Origin: Phoronis australis
Lineage: Eukaryota > Animalia > Phoronida
Length of the DNA: 64,000 bases
Assembly (NCBI GenBank): GCA_002633005.1
Contig: NMRA01000611.1
Coordinates: 32,674 to 96,673, forward strand
Direction of reading: 5' to 3'
Within the stretch, counting starts at the first letter, position 1. The number at the start of each line of letters is the position of its first letter. Positions 49,025-63,862 of this stretch are shown here, piece after piece. The position numbers and the translations under genes are program-made. Under the pieces are notes generated by a model, which had not been told where the DNA came from, did not search any database, and was given only the letters and a program-made list of their open reading frames with translations.

Positions 49025-52000
49025 CATCTGCACTCTCACATGAAACGCTTGTGATAACCATCATCTGTGCACACCAAATGTAAATAGAGAACTGTGGTGT
49101 CTGTGACTCACTATTTATTCAAAATGGTCACAAATACAGGCTCAGAGCCTAAACAGCTGTTTCTTGTGGACCTGAGAATGAAAACTTTGGACTTTTCCTA
49201 ACTATTGGTCAAAGGTGGTATTTTGTAACCTATAGAAAATCGTTTTGGATTAAAACAAAACCTGAAGATGTATCCCAGCCTCTCCATCTGCTCTGAAAAC
49301 CCATAGTGAAGTTAAAGTCATATTTACGTACTTTTCCCTTAATAACCGAACTGAATTTTGAAATCCAAATGCCAACAAAATGTCGCCTTCATTGCAAACC
49401 ACCCTTAAGAGAAAGTTTTAAGCTAGTACAAACATGCTTTCAATAAAAAAATAAGGCTTTTGTGTTCGACCTCCTATCACAATAATTTACTCAACTTTTT
49501 CCTTAATCACACGAGTAGTGATTCTTGGCCAAGGAAAGAACTGACAGTCTGTTATTGTTTGAGAGTTCTCTACCATAAAGTGATCCGCTGTGACAAACCA
49601 ACTTTCTGACCAATAATAAATTGTTCGTTATTTTCAAACCCAGAAATCATCTGTCCTTATAGTAAGGAACAGTAAGTTGAACTACATTCTATTACTGTAC
49701 TGTGGAACTTAGTTCTAGTTCAGCGAAGACCTAACTTTTATGTGCTTAAATTCTGGTTATTTTATTGTAATATAGTGGAACGTCTGTTTACAGACACCAA
49801 AAATGTGACTATCAACTCAAAGTGTCGTTTCCCTTTCTGGGAGGATAGCAGAATTGTGTGGAGGCATTTTAGTGTAATATATCAAATGAGAAAAGGAAAT
49901 ATTGCTATGAACCAAAGAAAAGCAACGATACAATGCAATACAGCCTTTGTGTACATGTTCAAGATCCCATTTCTTTAATGGCTCACCAGTGCTCATCAAC
50001 CAATTACTGTAGATTGAATTCTACTTCCAAGTGCGGCTGCTCCGGGTATTATCCAAGTAAGCTCCCAAGCTTACTCGCGAAACACATTGACATTTTAGGT
50101 GATCTTGCTTTTACACAAGTGTCTTGCGTCTGCGCACCCCTGCTAACTATAATTGTTTTGCACCGGTATTCGTCACAAGCATTTGTGAGCTTTCTTTTTG
50201 GAGAACAATTGCTTCAAAGTCACAGAGCTGAGAATGTCATTTCTCATACTCGTGTGAGTTGGAGCCAGCGCTACTGTCCCCGTCCCTCCCGTGGGACAAT
50301 CAACAGGGATGTGAGATAAGGTGTTTTCCATTTTCTGGTATTGGTTTGGGTTGTTTTTTTACTATAAGTCTTAGAAATTTGGGGTATCGGTGGTCCTGAC
50401 AGGAGGCTACACTGCCTTAGGGGCTTTCTCAAATCCCTAGTTGAAACATGCCCAAGACAAGCTTCTGAATGCTGACTCTATGACCGATAGATTTCCCCGA
50501 TTTACTGAAGCTAAAAGGATGTTTTTCGTCTGCCCAATATTCTGATAAACTATAGGGATATCACTTATAGACCATTTGAAACGTTTCCACTACACAATCT
50601 ACAGCTGAATGAAGTCCAATACTGAAATCTGTTTTCAGTAACATTTTTGTAATTATTTAATACTTCATTTAAGCCACTGTTAACGTTAAGCCTATTAAAT
50701 GGGCTTCAATGGCTTTGTCAAAATAATAGTGATTCTGGCTTTGGGAAAGATCCATGACAACAGTTTGTTATTGTTTGAGCTGCTACACAACAAGAACAAT
50801 AACACGATATATGCTAGATTTCAATGTCACAGACTGCTGTCACCAGGGGCCTAATGAAATAGTGAGGCACTGCCGATGTATTATGAAGAGTTTAAGAACA
50901 ACCGATAATGTGAGGCACACCTCTCATCTGCTACGAGGTCCTAGTATCCCCTTAGCCCGGACACCATGGTGGGTAGATATGGATCGAAATGACGGCAATG
51001 ATGATGTACCCACACATGGATTTTTTGGCAATTTCCTCATTTACTTTTTAACAAGTTGATACAGCATCTTATAAGGTACATATATCATCTTTTTTTCTAG
51101 CATTTATTCATCCATAAGTAACGCGAGACATATACTAAATTTAAAGGGAATATACACATTCATACACTCATTCACTCCGGGGGCCTAAATCTTGGTTGTA
51201 ACCTCAGTCAACGAAACAAAAGAACCATAGGAGACCATCTCTTATAAAATTCCAAAAGTTCACAATTTTTGGCAAAAATGTATTTTTCAATTTTGAAGTG
51301 TTCATATATCTCTGCCTTGAGATGTTCAATACAGGGCAAGCATTTTTCTAACCTAAGACGATATATAAATTATGATATTTACCCGATATCAATACTAGAT
51401 TTATTACTTTTGATTCAGAATGCTTACCAAAAAGGATATCAATGATGGCAGGATTTAAGGTTATATTTACATATATCATCTTGGTACAATTTCCCAATTT
51501 GTTTTTTAATAAGGTTATGTGGGACCTTATTCACATGTCTGCATTCAGCCAAATTGACAAAACTGTAAAATTTAACTTGGTGAGTATGTTATGAAAGCAG
51601 AAAGCCTGAAGAATTCCATTTTTTACTTAATACCAATCTGCTAATGATAGGGTCACGTGACCACTGACCATGCTTTTTAGTCAAATTTAGCAAAAAAACA
51701 GTGAATTCACAGCAAAACCTCGAAATCAATGTGACCAAATTTTTGAATTATTTCATTTTGTGCAATTTTTTTTATAAAAATCAGTAAAAGTTCCATTTTT
51801 GAAAGCCTTAATTTGAAAATCAAGTTCTAACAACATTATGGAGAACAGTGCACTTGGCACGGTGTCTGAAAGTTCCATTTCTGAGAAATAAGCCAAATTT
51901 GGACTCCTATGCAACTGGCTATAAGTTCTGTGTGTCAAAAAACTAACTTTTGAATTGGGTCACTTGCCACTAAAAAACATCAACTTGTTCCTAAGGGAAA

Positions 52001-53659
52001 AGTGGTATCTCAGTGGGCAAGGGAAAATACATGTTCGCCAACTTGTAGAACGTGGTCTCGAGCAATGACGAATTATCAGTTATTTCTAACACAACAGTTC
52101 AAAAATAACCTCTGAATTTGACTAAGGAACAATGTGAAACCAATTTCGTAACTGTAAGTGGTCTAAATCAAACGTAAATTTTTGTGACAGAATGTGGGTT
52201 TATACTAGCCACTTAGATGAAGATTTCTTGGAAATACAGTTGCGGTTACATCATTTATTGGCGATCACCAGGACCTTAAAACTGTTTTGTATACAATAAG
52301 CAGTAAACACTTCAACCACCTGAAGATATCAATTAGGCACTTATCATTTTATAGTTCTTTTACTACATCTGTTTTACAAAACTGATCAATCACAATAACG
52401 CTCAAAAGATTCCAACACAAATCACGTTCCTGACTAGTTTTTTGTTCAAACACCATCTGCAATGCTATACAAGATCATGCAATATGTTATCTAAACATGA
52501 TAACAACAAGGGCAACACAAATGTAGAAGAAAAAAATCAATTCCAAGTCATGAACGGAACAACTGAGTACTGAGAAGAAAATTTTTGAATGCTAACAACA
52601 TGGAAAACAATTTCTATCATAAATGTTCCAAAAACATTTACAAAACACAAAGTGTATTCCTGCAACATCCTAAGGAGACGTATGGCACGTACAACTGTAG
52701 CTAATACACTAACAGTTAAGGTTTTCAAGGTAATTAAAGTACTATGATTGTCACAACTGACTATGTCACAAACTGCATTATGAAGGTCAACTTGACATCA
52801 TTTAAAGACCTACATACAATTAATCGGGACAAATTAAATTTACTTCCTTTCCACAATGGTAAATCAATAAAAATGACTGAATAGATGCATCCTAAAATAT
52901 GCTCTTCTAGGTTGTAAGGTACGAAAATACACCGACACCCAAGTGCCTCTGCACTCAATATCTGCCACATTTGTGGAGCAAGAATGTAAAAATTGACTAG
53001 CACTCTATACATTTTGGATCTGTAATGTAAATCGTGGAAGGTTGATTAGAAGATAATTGAACCGACTTAGTCCATACGAGTTCAAACATCATCTGTGCTA
53101 ATAGAGTTGTCTTATCCAACAAAATAGGTTGCATCAAAATCTATTGTTGAGACCCCATGGCATAAATCACAGATTAAAAACCAGTCTGCTCACTCTTATT
53201 AGTTACATACAACATAGGTCACCGGGGTAAAAAATGGCATTCCATGAATCCTTAAGGATTTTGGAAAATATCGGGCATTGTCATGTACTGAAATGAACAG
53301 GATTCTGTGAAGTACATCGTATACTGACCTAATTTTGACCGATTTGTGGAGACCTATGTTTTCTATAGCCTTATTCCTGAGAAACCAGATAGACAGACCA
53401 AGGCATTGAAGCAATTCATTAAATATTCATTTGAAACAGATTTGGAAATCTAGTAAAACCAATATACCAAATGCTGTATATTCAGTAGAGGGCGCTGAGG
53501 TAATAAGTAAAATCCAGAACCATTTGTTATGCAACATGTGAAAAATCACTGGTATAGAAAAGCCGCTGAAAATGCAACTACTGAATACTGGTTAATAACA
53601 GTTTTTCAAGAATGCACATGGATTTTGGGCCGTGGCTATCAACCAGATAGACAGTGATG

Positions 53660-56600
53660 TTAAGCACGTGGGACTGACAACCCTGTTCCCAAAACAGCGT
53701 AAATTGGGTCCCCAACTTTAAGTGTTCCCTTCCTGTCGATGGCAAAATCGGCAGCAAAACAGACTTCATTGCCATATCCAAGTTCAGGTCTTTGACGATA
53801 CCTGAAATATGAAATGTCAGAACAAGTTACACAGTCTGACTTTAAGACATAAATTATGATTTTTCACATGAGTATTCAGAAAAATATGACCTTTTATGAG
53901 TTGAAAATAAATGGAAGTTAAGTTAAAGAAAAGGTACTTGATGAAACATGAATGTTGACAATTCTTACAAAAATGACATTTTGCTCTAACACAGTGAACC
54001 TATTACAGACAGACAATTTTGGTTTTATTCAAAGATTAACAAAACAATCTAAAAGTGAAACTTAGAATCTGACCAATGTTTTGCAAAATCGGGCTACACA
54101 CTTTGTCGGGTATTTCAGTATTTCTTGCAACAGAAAATGAAAAGTTCAATGACGATCCTCTTTGCCAAGAAATTCAGTGCAAATACAACTGTCAGAGGAC
54201 AGATGGACTAGTTTTGATCTTAACAGGTTTTCTCACTCAGCTTTTGGTAATGAAAAAGGAAATCACTCATTGAGAGGGATTTAAAGTGACACAATCCATA
54301 ACAAAAGTGTTTTTTCAGAAATCAGCCCTAAGACAGATTCGAACTCACGACCTCGGCGGTCACAACTCACTAAATCCCACTCAGTAAATAGCAGACTATT
54401 TTAAAGGGCTTTTAACTCTGGTCAGGGCAAAGCGTCGACATAAACTGCGAAGTGAACTAAAGCGTTCATACCGACTTTGGTAGTTAACGGACAGGTGACA
54501 CTGTTGTCATCGAAATCATCACAAGGTAGCACTGCACGCTAGGGTTTTTTTAATGTGAAGATTTGGGAACATATACATATGCTAACTGACATAACTCTTA
54601 CTTTTAATTCAATTGGTGATTGTTGGACCAAGATGTACGCAACTATTAGTGATGACACTACCCTTTAATTGTTAATGATAACAGTGGCACCTGGCGATAA
54701 CTTCGATGGGACCGAGCATTAAACTGATAGTCACTCGCCTCAATTTCAGTGAATACTGGAAGCCAAGCCAAGAATTGGCGACAACATGGTGAAAACACAA
54801 CAGATTTTACAACAAAATCCACTCTGCTAAAATCTACACTTCAATAAGTCTATCCTATCCAACAATACTCTCAAAATGTTCTTTAGCCATAAAACCGAGT
54901 GTCCCTTAAAAGCACCTGTGTATAGATTTGCTTTCATGGTAGCATAGAAAATCTATGGTTCTGTAACGTACCTTCTCAATTCCTTCAGCGGTTGCCCATC
55001 CTCATCTTTTACACCACGATCTGGATTGATAGTAGTCATCAGGCATCTACAATACATATGAAAATGTCACTAAATATTAAACTCCCTGATCAACAGAAAT
55101 GTTGGCAGTGCATTTCATAAAACTTTGGTTTTGTACTTTCATCATCTGACCTATTGGCATAGGTTTGGTAAAATTCGTGTCATGCAAGAAAATTATCTGG
55201 AATATGATGTTTTATTTTCAAAGTTGTTCCCCTATTCAACTACCTGCAAATTCCTTAAAGGTATAAAGATTAATAAGATAAAAATTCTAACAGGCCCCAG
55301 TTTCTAGATTGAACTATCCTCTGTCGTGGAGGCAGAAAAATGCATTGTACTTCAGAGTTGATTAACAAGGGAAGAACATCCAGCAATGACATTTAGCATT
55401 TTTGCTAAATTCTTGATGTCGTCAGCATAGCAACTCAAAAATGCAGTAATACAAGTTAGCCTACATTAGAGTGATGAATTACGTATTGTAAGATAGTGAG
55501 TATATTTGAAAGTTAACAAGCAAGACCAGCACTTGACACATAAGTTGCATTATGGGTAAATACAGAATGATACTGTGCTATTTCAGGATTGGCCTACTGG
55601 GCTTCCATGTGTAAAAGCCCAGTCAGCTGCTGTGTTAAGTGAGCAGGTAGAGATATCGCTAAAGCTCATATATTAAGTAAAGTGATTTGTGTTACCGGCT
55701 CAGATCCTAAACTGTGTGGATCATGCAGAAAATCAGTTGGACAATAGATTGTGGCCGCTTATGTTGAAACTTCTCTGGGTGTAACGGTCAGACCTATTTT
55801 GGGCTTGAAATGGGTAAACTAGTCTGCACACTGGCTTCGAATTTTGCAGAAGATTGTAAATCATGGGTTTTGCTCACACACAGCAGGCCTTTTAAAAGTG
55901 ACATACAAGTGGTTAGTGAAAGCAGATCTTTCTGAACCCTGTTTTTGTATACAACAGTTCCAGTTGGACTGTGTATGTAAACACAGCTTAACAAACTACA
56001 AACTATGGTTCTGACTGAGAAGATAATTGTTTGATTACTCCCCACAAGAACAGCACATCAATAGTAATGTGTAAACCAATATGTCTTGTCTGTTTTCTGC
56101 AAGTTTTTCCAAGCTATACAATTGACACTCACCACCTACATACAATCGTACCTCTCGCACAGTTTGACTCCTGAAAACTGGGCATCGCCTATGAACACTT
56201 TATCCCAAGTATCCTAAAATGGAAAATTTTGCCTATTAAAGCTAAAAAGAAAGCGTACTGAAATACTGAGAATCTCAACTTTCACAATGTTAGCAAAACA
56301 TACAATTAACCACCAGGGCCATTTGCATGAAAGGCATATGATGGATAGCAACAATGATGTTAAACAATCAGGCTTTTGTTTAACAATACATTTGACATCC
56401 TGCAATGATCAAATTTATCCAGCGGTCAAGTCTCATTGATTTATAAATTCCAGGCCAGAAGGCTGTTAAATGGGCTGAGCATGGCCTCATTCCAATAGAC
56501 CATATCAAGAGAAAATACAAGCTTCAGGTTTTTCATGAAAAAAATCTGACTTGAATTGACACCCTGAATGGTTGAGATTAGGCAACTTGACCGGTTTTGT

Positions 56601-59600
56601 GTACCGCAGAATCTGCTGCAAAGGTCAAATACACCATGCAGTTGTAGGCAATTACATCGCCTCAGGCTGCTGATGTTATTGTTCTCTAGACAATTAGACC
56701 CATCATTAACATACTGGCGGGGGCGATACTGGTATTTTTGAATTTTCCATTTAAAAGTTTTTAAATAGCATATTTGAATAGTTTGTGAAAAGCACACACG
56801 ATTAAGATTTTTAATATGGAAATTCATTACAGCGTTCTGTCGTTCAGTAACTTTTCCAGACGTGAGGGGTGCTGAAAGTGCGATAACATCTAGCTCTTTT
56901 GTTAACTGCCCAGCTCAGTCTTTTGTCCCGTATGATAACAAACAGGCCAATTATCTCCCAGGCTTCAATGGAAACATATGGTGGTTGCACGCTATTGTCG
57001 AACGCGTATGAATACAGTCAAATCCAGTGCATTGGCAATCCGTTTGGACAGAATAGATTGTTTTAAATTCTGTTGTAGGTGGGCGATTTTGGTGATTCAA
57101 AAACGTACCATGATAAGCATTTGACGAGGAATTCAGAAATTCTATTGGTTTAAGCTCAAATATGTTATAACTTAACTTTCATTTTTATCAGCCCAGCCCA
57201 GTCAGGCTAGATAGGATCTGATCGGAGATTAGAGCAATTATCGAACAAAAGAGCGCAGGCCCTCTAACCATGAATGTCAGAATGGAGTTAATCAGTTGTG
57301 TAAGATATTGGCTACGGGGGTAAACATACCAACTTGTTGTTGGGCTATAGAATCAAACAAGTTGGGAGCAACGGGATGTCACCGTCATGTGGGGGCAAGA
57401 AATGTGACTTTTACAACCTAAAATGCTTATAATGTTGCCATTTCATGTTCCTCAATAATTCTGCTGGGTGAGCAACATAGTTGGGTCAATTACTAAACCA
57501 CCAGGTACCAGTTGGAATCTGAGGTAATCCAAGAGTCACTATACAATTTTTGGGATGTATTTTAAATAGTGAAAAATACTAATGCACAAGAGAAACACAA
57601 CGCAGCATACAGCCCAACACAAATTGTGACTGCCACCTAGAGACGCCACTGGAACTATCTCACCTCAGCGTGGGCATCACAGCCTTCAATGACAATGTTG
57701 GGTCGAAAATTTCTGTGTGTGACATCCTTGTCTGGCACTTTAGTTTTCAAAACATCGACAGCAGCCTCTGATAGCATATTAACAGGACTCAAGTCTGGGA
57801 AGTTTACCTGCAACATTTTTCTTAAAGTGTCCATGACATAACTTATTTGTTAAAAGTTAATAATTAAAGGCAAGAGTCATTTCCTTTAAGGTGTCCAGTG
57901 TATGGATTATTCAAAGCATTAAGTAAACCCTACTCATCAACTCTCACTTCAGAGGCCAAGAACAAAAATGAGAACCTTCTGTTCGTAAGTTAAGTTCGTA
58001 GTTTGAATTTTAATTGTACAGGGCTTGCATGTTCAGCAAACGAGTAATCGCTCCCTACAGCTGGTACTCTTCAATGTTAATAGCCATCCATTCTTCAGCC
58101 AGTTCCACAATGCATAGTGTCACATTATATAAAGTAATCCTTGGTCCACGCCAAATCTCTCTTTAGAATTTCGTCAAAATTTCTCCAAAGGTTTTGAGTT
58201 TGAAAATGGTGACTGTCTTGCCTGTATAAAATCAAAATCCTTTTCCAAGTCATGATGAAGGTAATAAAAAGAAAAACGAAAACAATAAAAGTTTCTATAT
58301 TTGTAACATGAATGCACTATTCTGATAAGTGTCATGGAACTTATTTGAAAGGTTCTGTCTGGAAATTGCAAGACCACATGTTTGTTACGGCACGTATGAA
58401 ATGCTACACATCTGTGCTGTCAAACGTAATCACTGCATACCTCAGTTCCAGTCAAAAACAAGTGTCCAAGCTGTGGGTCCTCCACAAGAGCTCTCTTCTT
58501 TATACTTGATATTGTCTTTACCAGACGTACTTTCACTTCCAGGTAGTTAGACAACCAGTTGGCAACACCGTCACCACAGTCAACTCCTTCACTCTTTTGA
58601 GACCAAATCCTGAAGTGAAACATTAAGTACAGTGGTAGACAACTCTCGTCTCACTCACATCAGGCTTGTTTTCATTTGTCCTTGAAAACAGCAACAGTGT
58701 GGGGACAGTGAAAGCTAGAGCAGCCGCAAATGCTAATTAATGTAGCGATTTTTTAATACAACAAGGAAAGAAACTTGTGTGACATTATAGCTTAGGGCAT
58801 TCAAATATGGTGACCTCCTGCAATGTTGGTTGCTTGTTTCATTTCTAGACATCACTTGGCACTCGAGATAATAACTGTGTTGAAATTTGTGAGTCTAGAT
58901 GTGTATTTGGTTTCTGTTTGTGAAGAGCATACACATGGAAATTCCTGAAGAGTTCCTAACCATCACTTGGATATTGACATTGGCCCTCAAATTTCTCTCC
59001 AAGAAACACAAACTTCAAGCATCATGCATATCATACACATGAATCGAAGATGCTGCGAAACCAAAACAACAACAGTCAACCTACCTGCACAAATGTACTT
59101 TTTTCTTGTCTATCTCTTGTCTTAAAGGCAATGTGAAGGGGTCCACTCCAGGAGCATTCAAAGAAAGTGTGTCTCCGTCAATGGTTGGTTTGATCAACTG
59201 AATCTTGGGATACTTTCGGGCAGTTATGAAGTTGTAATTTTCATCAGTTATCAGCCATGACCTGAAGAAACAATAGATGCACATTAAGATCTAGGAAGTT
59301 GATTACATAGTCGAATAGAATGGCAAAATAAAATACCGAATTTTGGATGCTGAACATTTCATGATGTTCCTAACAATATGTGCTATGAGCTCATATTTGT
59401 CATTTGAAACAAATGAAAAATGGAAACAATAGAGAAATTTCAATTAGAAATAAGTCGCCCTGTCCATCTCTTGCTATAAAACAGAATTTATGAATGTCAA
59501 ATTTCTAATTAATAAATTATTAGGTCCAGAATTCCCTACTGCTGTTTATAATCACATGACCACGACTTTTATGAAAAATGTAATTTTTTCGCTACAAACA

Positions 59601-62600
59601 TGAATTTCATAAAAGCAAACATATTCTTGCTGTCCATACACAGGAAACCCTGATTCAAAACCAGTTCCCTTGGCTAAGGACCATAAAATCAGTATACAAA
59701 CTTTTACAAGAATCGATCTACGCAGCTGAATCAATAACCAAAATTGCTCTAAAAGCACCGAACATCGAAAGGCCTGAAAATGGCCAATAAAGATTTGTCG
59801 TGCTAATAAAAAGGATAGTAAATATAGATTATTACATGGCGAAGTCGTTATCCCCCGTTATCTAGAGCCCGAGTGGATTTTGGAGAATTATTGCCCGAGG
59901 GGCGTCAGCCCCGAGGGTGATAATTCTACAAAATCCACGAGGGCTCTAGATAAGGGGGATAACGACTGAGAACATGTAATAATCTATTTATACCACATAC
60001 TAAACGAGAAACATTGCAATGAATCGATCTACCTTTCTCGACTCGCCTCGGCTTTGTAACTACTTTCTGTGTCAGAGGCCCNGTTAAGCAACTATTATAG
60101 CTTAAAACACGTTTTTTACACGCTAAGCTTCGACCGGGAAATTATCGTCTGCTAAAGTAGGTAACCACTGGTAACTGAATAAAATTCTCAAGTCAAAGAT
60201 CCTGACGACACGATACCCGCATTCAAACTGGAGATCGGTGATTTACAAGTAAGAGGACATGAGAGAAAATTTTCACTGAATTAAGATATCATTTTTGTGG
60301 AAATAATGTGTCTTATTTTTCGTAGTGTATAAGTACAGTACAATGCGGTTTGTTGAACGTGCGATTATTGCGCGTGTTCATTTAAGTATTCTATTTTCAC
60401 TCTTGATGACGTCAGTCGCTGTGTGGTGCAGTGGTTAAAGTCGGCGATCAGCAATACCAAGGTCACGGGTTCGACCCCGTCCTCGGTTTCCCGCCAAATC
60501 GTTATCTCACTAGTGAGATAACTTTATGGGTTATTACATGGTTTTATCTGCCATTTGATGCTAATATTGTGGTATAAGTGATCTTACGCAACTCACATTT
60601 GGTGCATAAACAATGCATTAAAACATATTGTTGTTTCAATTTAAAATAAAACATATGAATAAAATGTTTTCCACGTTTCACATAAAAAGTACTGTGTTGA
60701 GTTTCACTGAGACTATAGTTTAATTATTGGTAACAGATATACGAGACACAAAGTTACCAAGTAAAGAGCAGTCACTACACAATAACAGCGTAGTTTAACT
60801 GCTGCAACTGTTCACATGACCAACTAGAACCTTTGAAAACTTGTTAAAGTGTTTCAAATACATCAAACATGGCATGAATGTACAAATTTTAAAGCTTGCC
60901 ACAAGCCAGTGTTGAACGAAACAACAAGGGTAGATAGATATAAGTACGACTACAAACAATAGTGCAAATGTGACTCTAAACAGACAATCCTAGATAGCAC
61001 TTAAGACTACACCCGACAATTTCATGAACTGGCCAATAGGTGGCTTACCTTAACAATGAAGATTGCATTTTTGCCTTACATCACAGTTTTTTAGTTGGCC
61101 ACTTACCACTACAAAATTGGTCTCAAACCGTTCCTTACTTGTCAAATCAGAGTTCATTTCAGGGTTGTAAAAGTTTATCATTGCTTGAGACCAGGCACTG
61201 CAAGTTGGCTTGTCAACAGGTGTCATATTGTGTGCACCTAACATGGTCTCAAGGTGTAGCATATTGTCAGTTGTTTGCAATCCTAGAAATAATCTGAGTA
61301 AAGAACAAGTCGAGACCCACTCTATAGCCGCTGCAGTAAATAAAGTGAATGGACAGTCCACTAATTCTTGGTTGTAGCCATAACTGAGCATGTTGAAATA
61401 GACAAGGTTCATTTCAGTGTGTATGTTGAACCAGTAAGCAAATATTGTTTTGGTGAATGAACTGAGATACAATGAGAGGTATGATACCTGTCTTCAAAAT
61501 CTGCAGAAGCCAGACCATAGGTTGATACCTCAGCAGTTGTCAAGGATACCGCACCACAAGATTTTACAGGGTAGACGAATATTTTCGATACGTATCCAAC
61601 AAGCTGTCTTGAAGACAGCTTTGTACGCAAGGCAAGCCATGATAACCCTGAAATAAGCAATATATTATAGATATTTTAAATACTCATTGAAACCTGAAAT
61701 CATCTGCCATGAAAAAAAAGAAAGATTTTTACTACTAAAACCTCAACTAGCTTATTTACTCAGGTTTAGAAGTGACTCACAATGTCAAGCCAACTGATAG
61801 ACCCTGGTGTCCAACTGGAATGAACTAAAAGTTCTTACCAATCTCACCTCTAATCCGAGGAACACCTTGAGGCCATTTACATAACAGTCACTAATGGCCT
61901 AAATGAAAAGTGAGTTTTTGAAATGGAGGGTGAGTTAATTGCAACTTTGACAGTAGTTTTTGCAAGTAACACATTGGAAAAAGAATAGGTTAAAAGAGAA
62001 AGCTAACTTTTTCATGTCATTCTTAGTAAAAAATACCATTTGTTGATTATCCCAGACTTATTTTTCAATTACGGCATCCCGTAACTTAATTAAAGTAATG
62101 CCCTATTTCTGAAGTGATGATTAGGGGTTTAGCATTACCCGCCATTTTCTTTCTGTGTTCGAGTTTACTGTGAGCATCTGTTTTACTGTTGTTTTCATGA
62201 TGGTTTCTTAAAATTGTCGTTACCTCTTCCTATCAATGAGTATTCTNATTGTTTCAATGTAAAATAAAACATATGAATAAAATGTTTTCTATGTTTCACA
62301 TAAAAAGTACTGTGTTGAGTTTCACTGAGACTATAGTTTAATTATTGGTAACAGATATACGAGACACAAAGTTACCAAGTAAAGAGCAGTCACTAAAAAT
62401 AACAGCGTAGTTTAACTGCTGCAACTGTTCACATGACCAACTAGAAACTTTGAAAACTTGTTAAAGTGTTTCAAATACATCAAACATGGCATGAATGTAC
62501 AAAATTTTAAAGCTTGCCACAAGCCAGTGTTGAACGAAACAACAAGGGTAGATAAATATAAGTACGACTACAAACAATAGTGCAAATGTGACTCTAAACA

Positions 62601-63263
62601 GACAATCCTAGATAGTACTCAAGACTATACACAATTTCATGAACTGGCCAATAGGTGGCTTACCTTAACAATGAAGATTGCATTTTTGCCTTACATCACA
62701 ATTTTTTAGTTGGGCCACAAACCATTACAAAATTGGTCTCAAACCGTTCCTTACTTGTCAAATCAGAGTTGATTTCAGGGTTGTAAAAGTTTATCATTGC
62801 TTGAGACCAGGCACTGCAAGTTGGCTTGTCAACAGGTGTCATATTGTGTGCACCTAACATGGTCTCGAGGTGTAGCATATTGTCAGTTGTTTGCAATCCT
62901 AGAAATAATCTGAGTAAAGAACAAGTCGAGACCCACTCTATAGCCGCTGCAGTAAATAAAGTGAATGGACAGTCCACTAATTCCTGGTTGTAGCCATAAC
63001 TGAGCATGTTGAAATAGACAAGGTTCATTTCAGTGTGTATGTTGAACCAGTAAGCAAATATTGTTTTGGTGAATGAACTGAGATACAATGAGAGGTATGA
63101 TACCTGTCTTCAAAATCTGCAGAAGCCAGACCATAGGTTGATACCTCAGCAGTTGTCAAGGATACCGCACCACAAGATTTTACAGGGTAGACGAATATTT
63201 TCGATACGTATCCAACAAGCTGTCTTGAAGACAGCTTTGTACGCAAGGCAAGCCATGATAACC
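53660..63263 (-). CDS. MTARC: Mitochondrial amidoxime-reducing component (mARC, MOSC domain); exons 63104-63263 (duplicate at 61488-61647), 59085-59261, 58441-58609, 57664-57807, 56152-56213, 54972-55046, 53660-53801; 5' exon outside the window
   Basis: VSKIFVYPVKSC..DR|SWLI..TARKYPKIQLI..|..GVDCGDGVANWLSNYL..|VNFPDLSP..RNFRPNIVIEGCDAHAE|DTWD..KLCER|CLMTTINPDRG..PLKELRR|YR..GTLKVGDPIY; Moco-binding Cys in CERC; phase-consistent GT-AG introns. Confidence 0.95.
59824..60577 (+). mobile_element. Non-autonomous hairpin-ended repeat with tRNA-like cassette, copy 2 (in mARC intron)
   Basis: 164-bp terminal palindrome 59824-59987, then TTATACCAC; A box at 60424, B box GGTTCGACCC at ~60468, CCA at 60496, 22-bp palindrome 60501-60522, end GTGGTATAA. 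Confidence 0.82.
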
Positions 63264-63862
63264 CTGAAATAAGCAATATATTATAGATATTTTAAATACT
63301 CATTGAAACCTGAAATCATCTGCCATGAAAAAAAAGAAAGATTTTTACTACTAAAACCTCAACTAGCTTATTTACTCAGGTTTAGAAGTGACTCACAATG
63401 TCAAGCCAACTGATAGACCCTGGTGTCCAACTGGAATGAACTAAAAGTTCTTACCAATCTCACCTCTAATCCGAGGAACACCTTGAGGCCATTTACATAA
63501 CAGTCACTAATGGCCTAAATGAAAAGTGAGTTTTTGAAATGGAGGGTGAGTTAATTGCAACTTTGACAGTAGTTTTTGCAAGTAACACATTGGAAAAAGA
63601 ATAGGTTAAAAGAGAAAGCTAACTTTTTCATGTCATTCTTAGTAAAAAATACCATTTGTTGATTATCCCAGACTTATTTTTCAATTACGGCATCCCGTAA
63701 CTTAATTAAAGTAATGCCCTATTTCTGAAGTGATGATTAGGGGTTTAGCATTACCCGCCATTTTCTTTCTGTGTTCGAGTTTACTGTGAGCATCTGTTTT
63801 ACTGTTGTTTTCATGATGGTTTCTTAAAATTGTCGTTACCTCTTCCTATCAATGAGTATTCT
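60628..63862. repeat. ~1.62-kb tandem duplication around a single N (62247), including one mARC exon; probably two haplotypes
   Basis: 60628-62246 and 62248-63862 are near-identical, with scattered SNPs and small indels. Confidence 0.9.

Noticed and set aside
61040-63088. ORFs 61050-61472 and 62696-63088 (130-140 aa) appearing twice
   Set aside because: Intronic, no recognisable motifs, and repeated only because of the 1.6-kb duplication.
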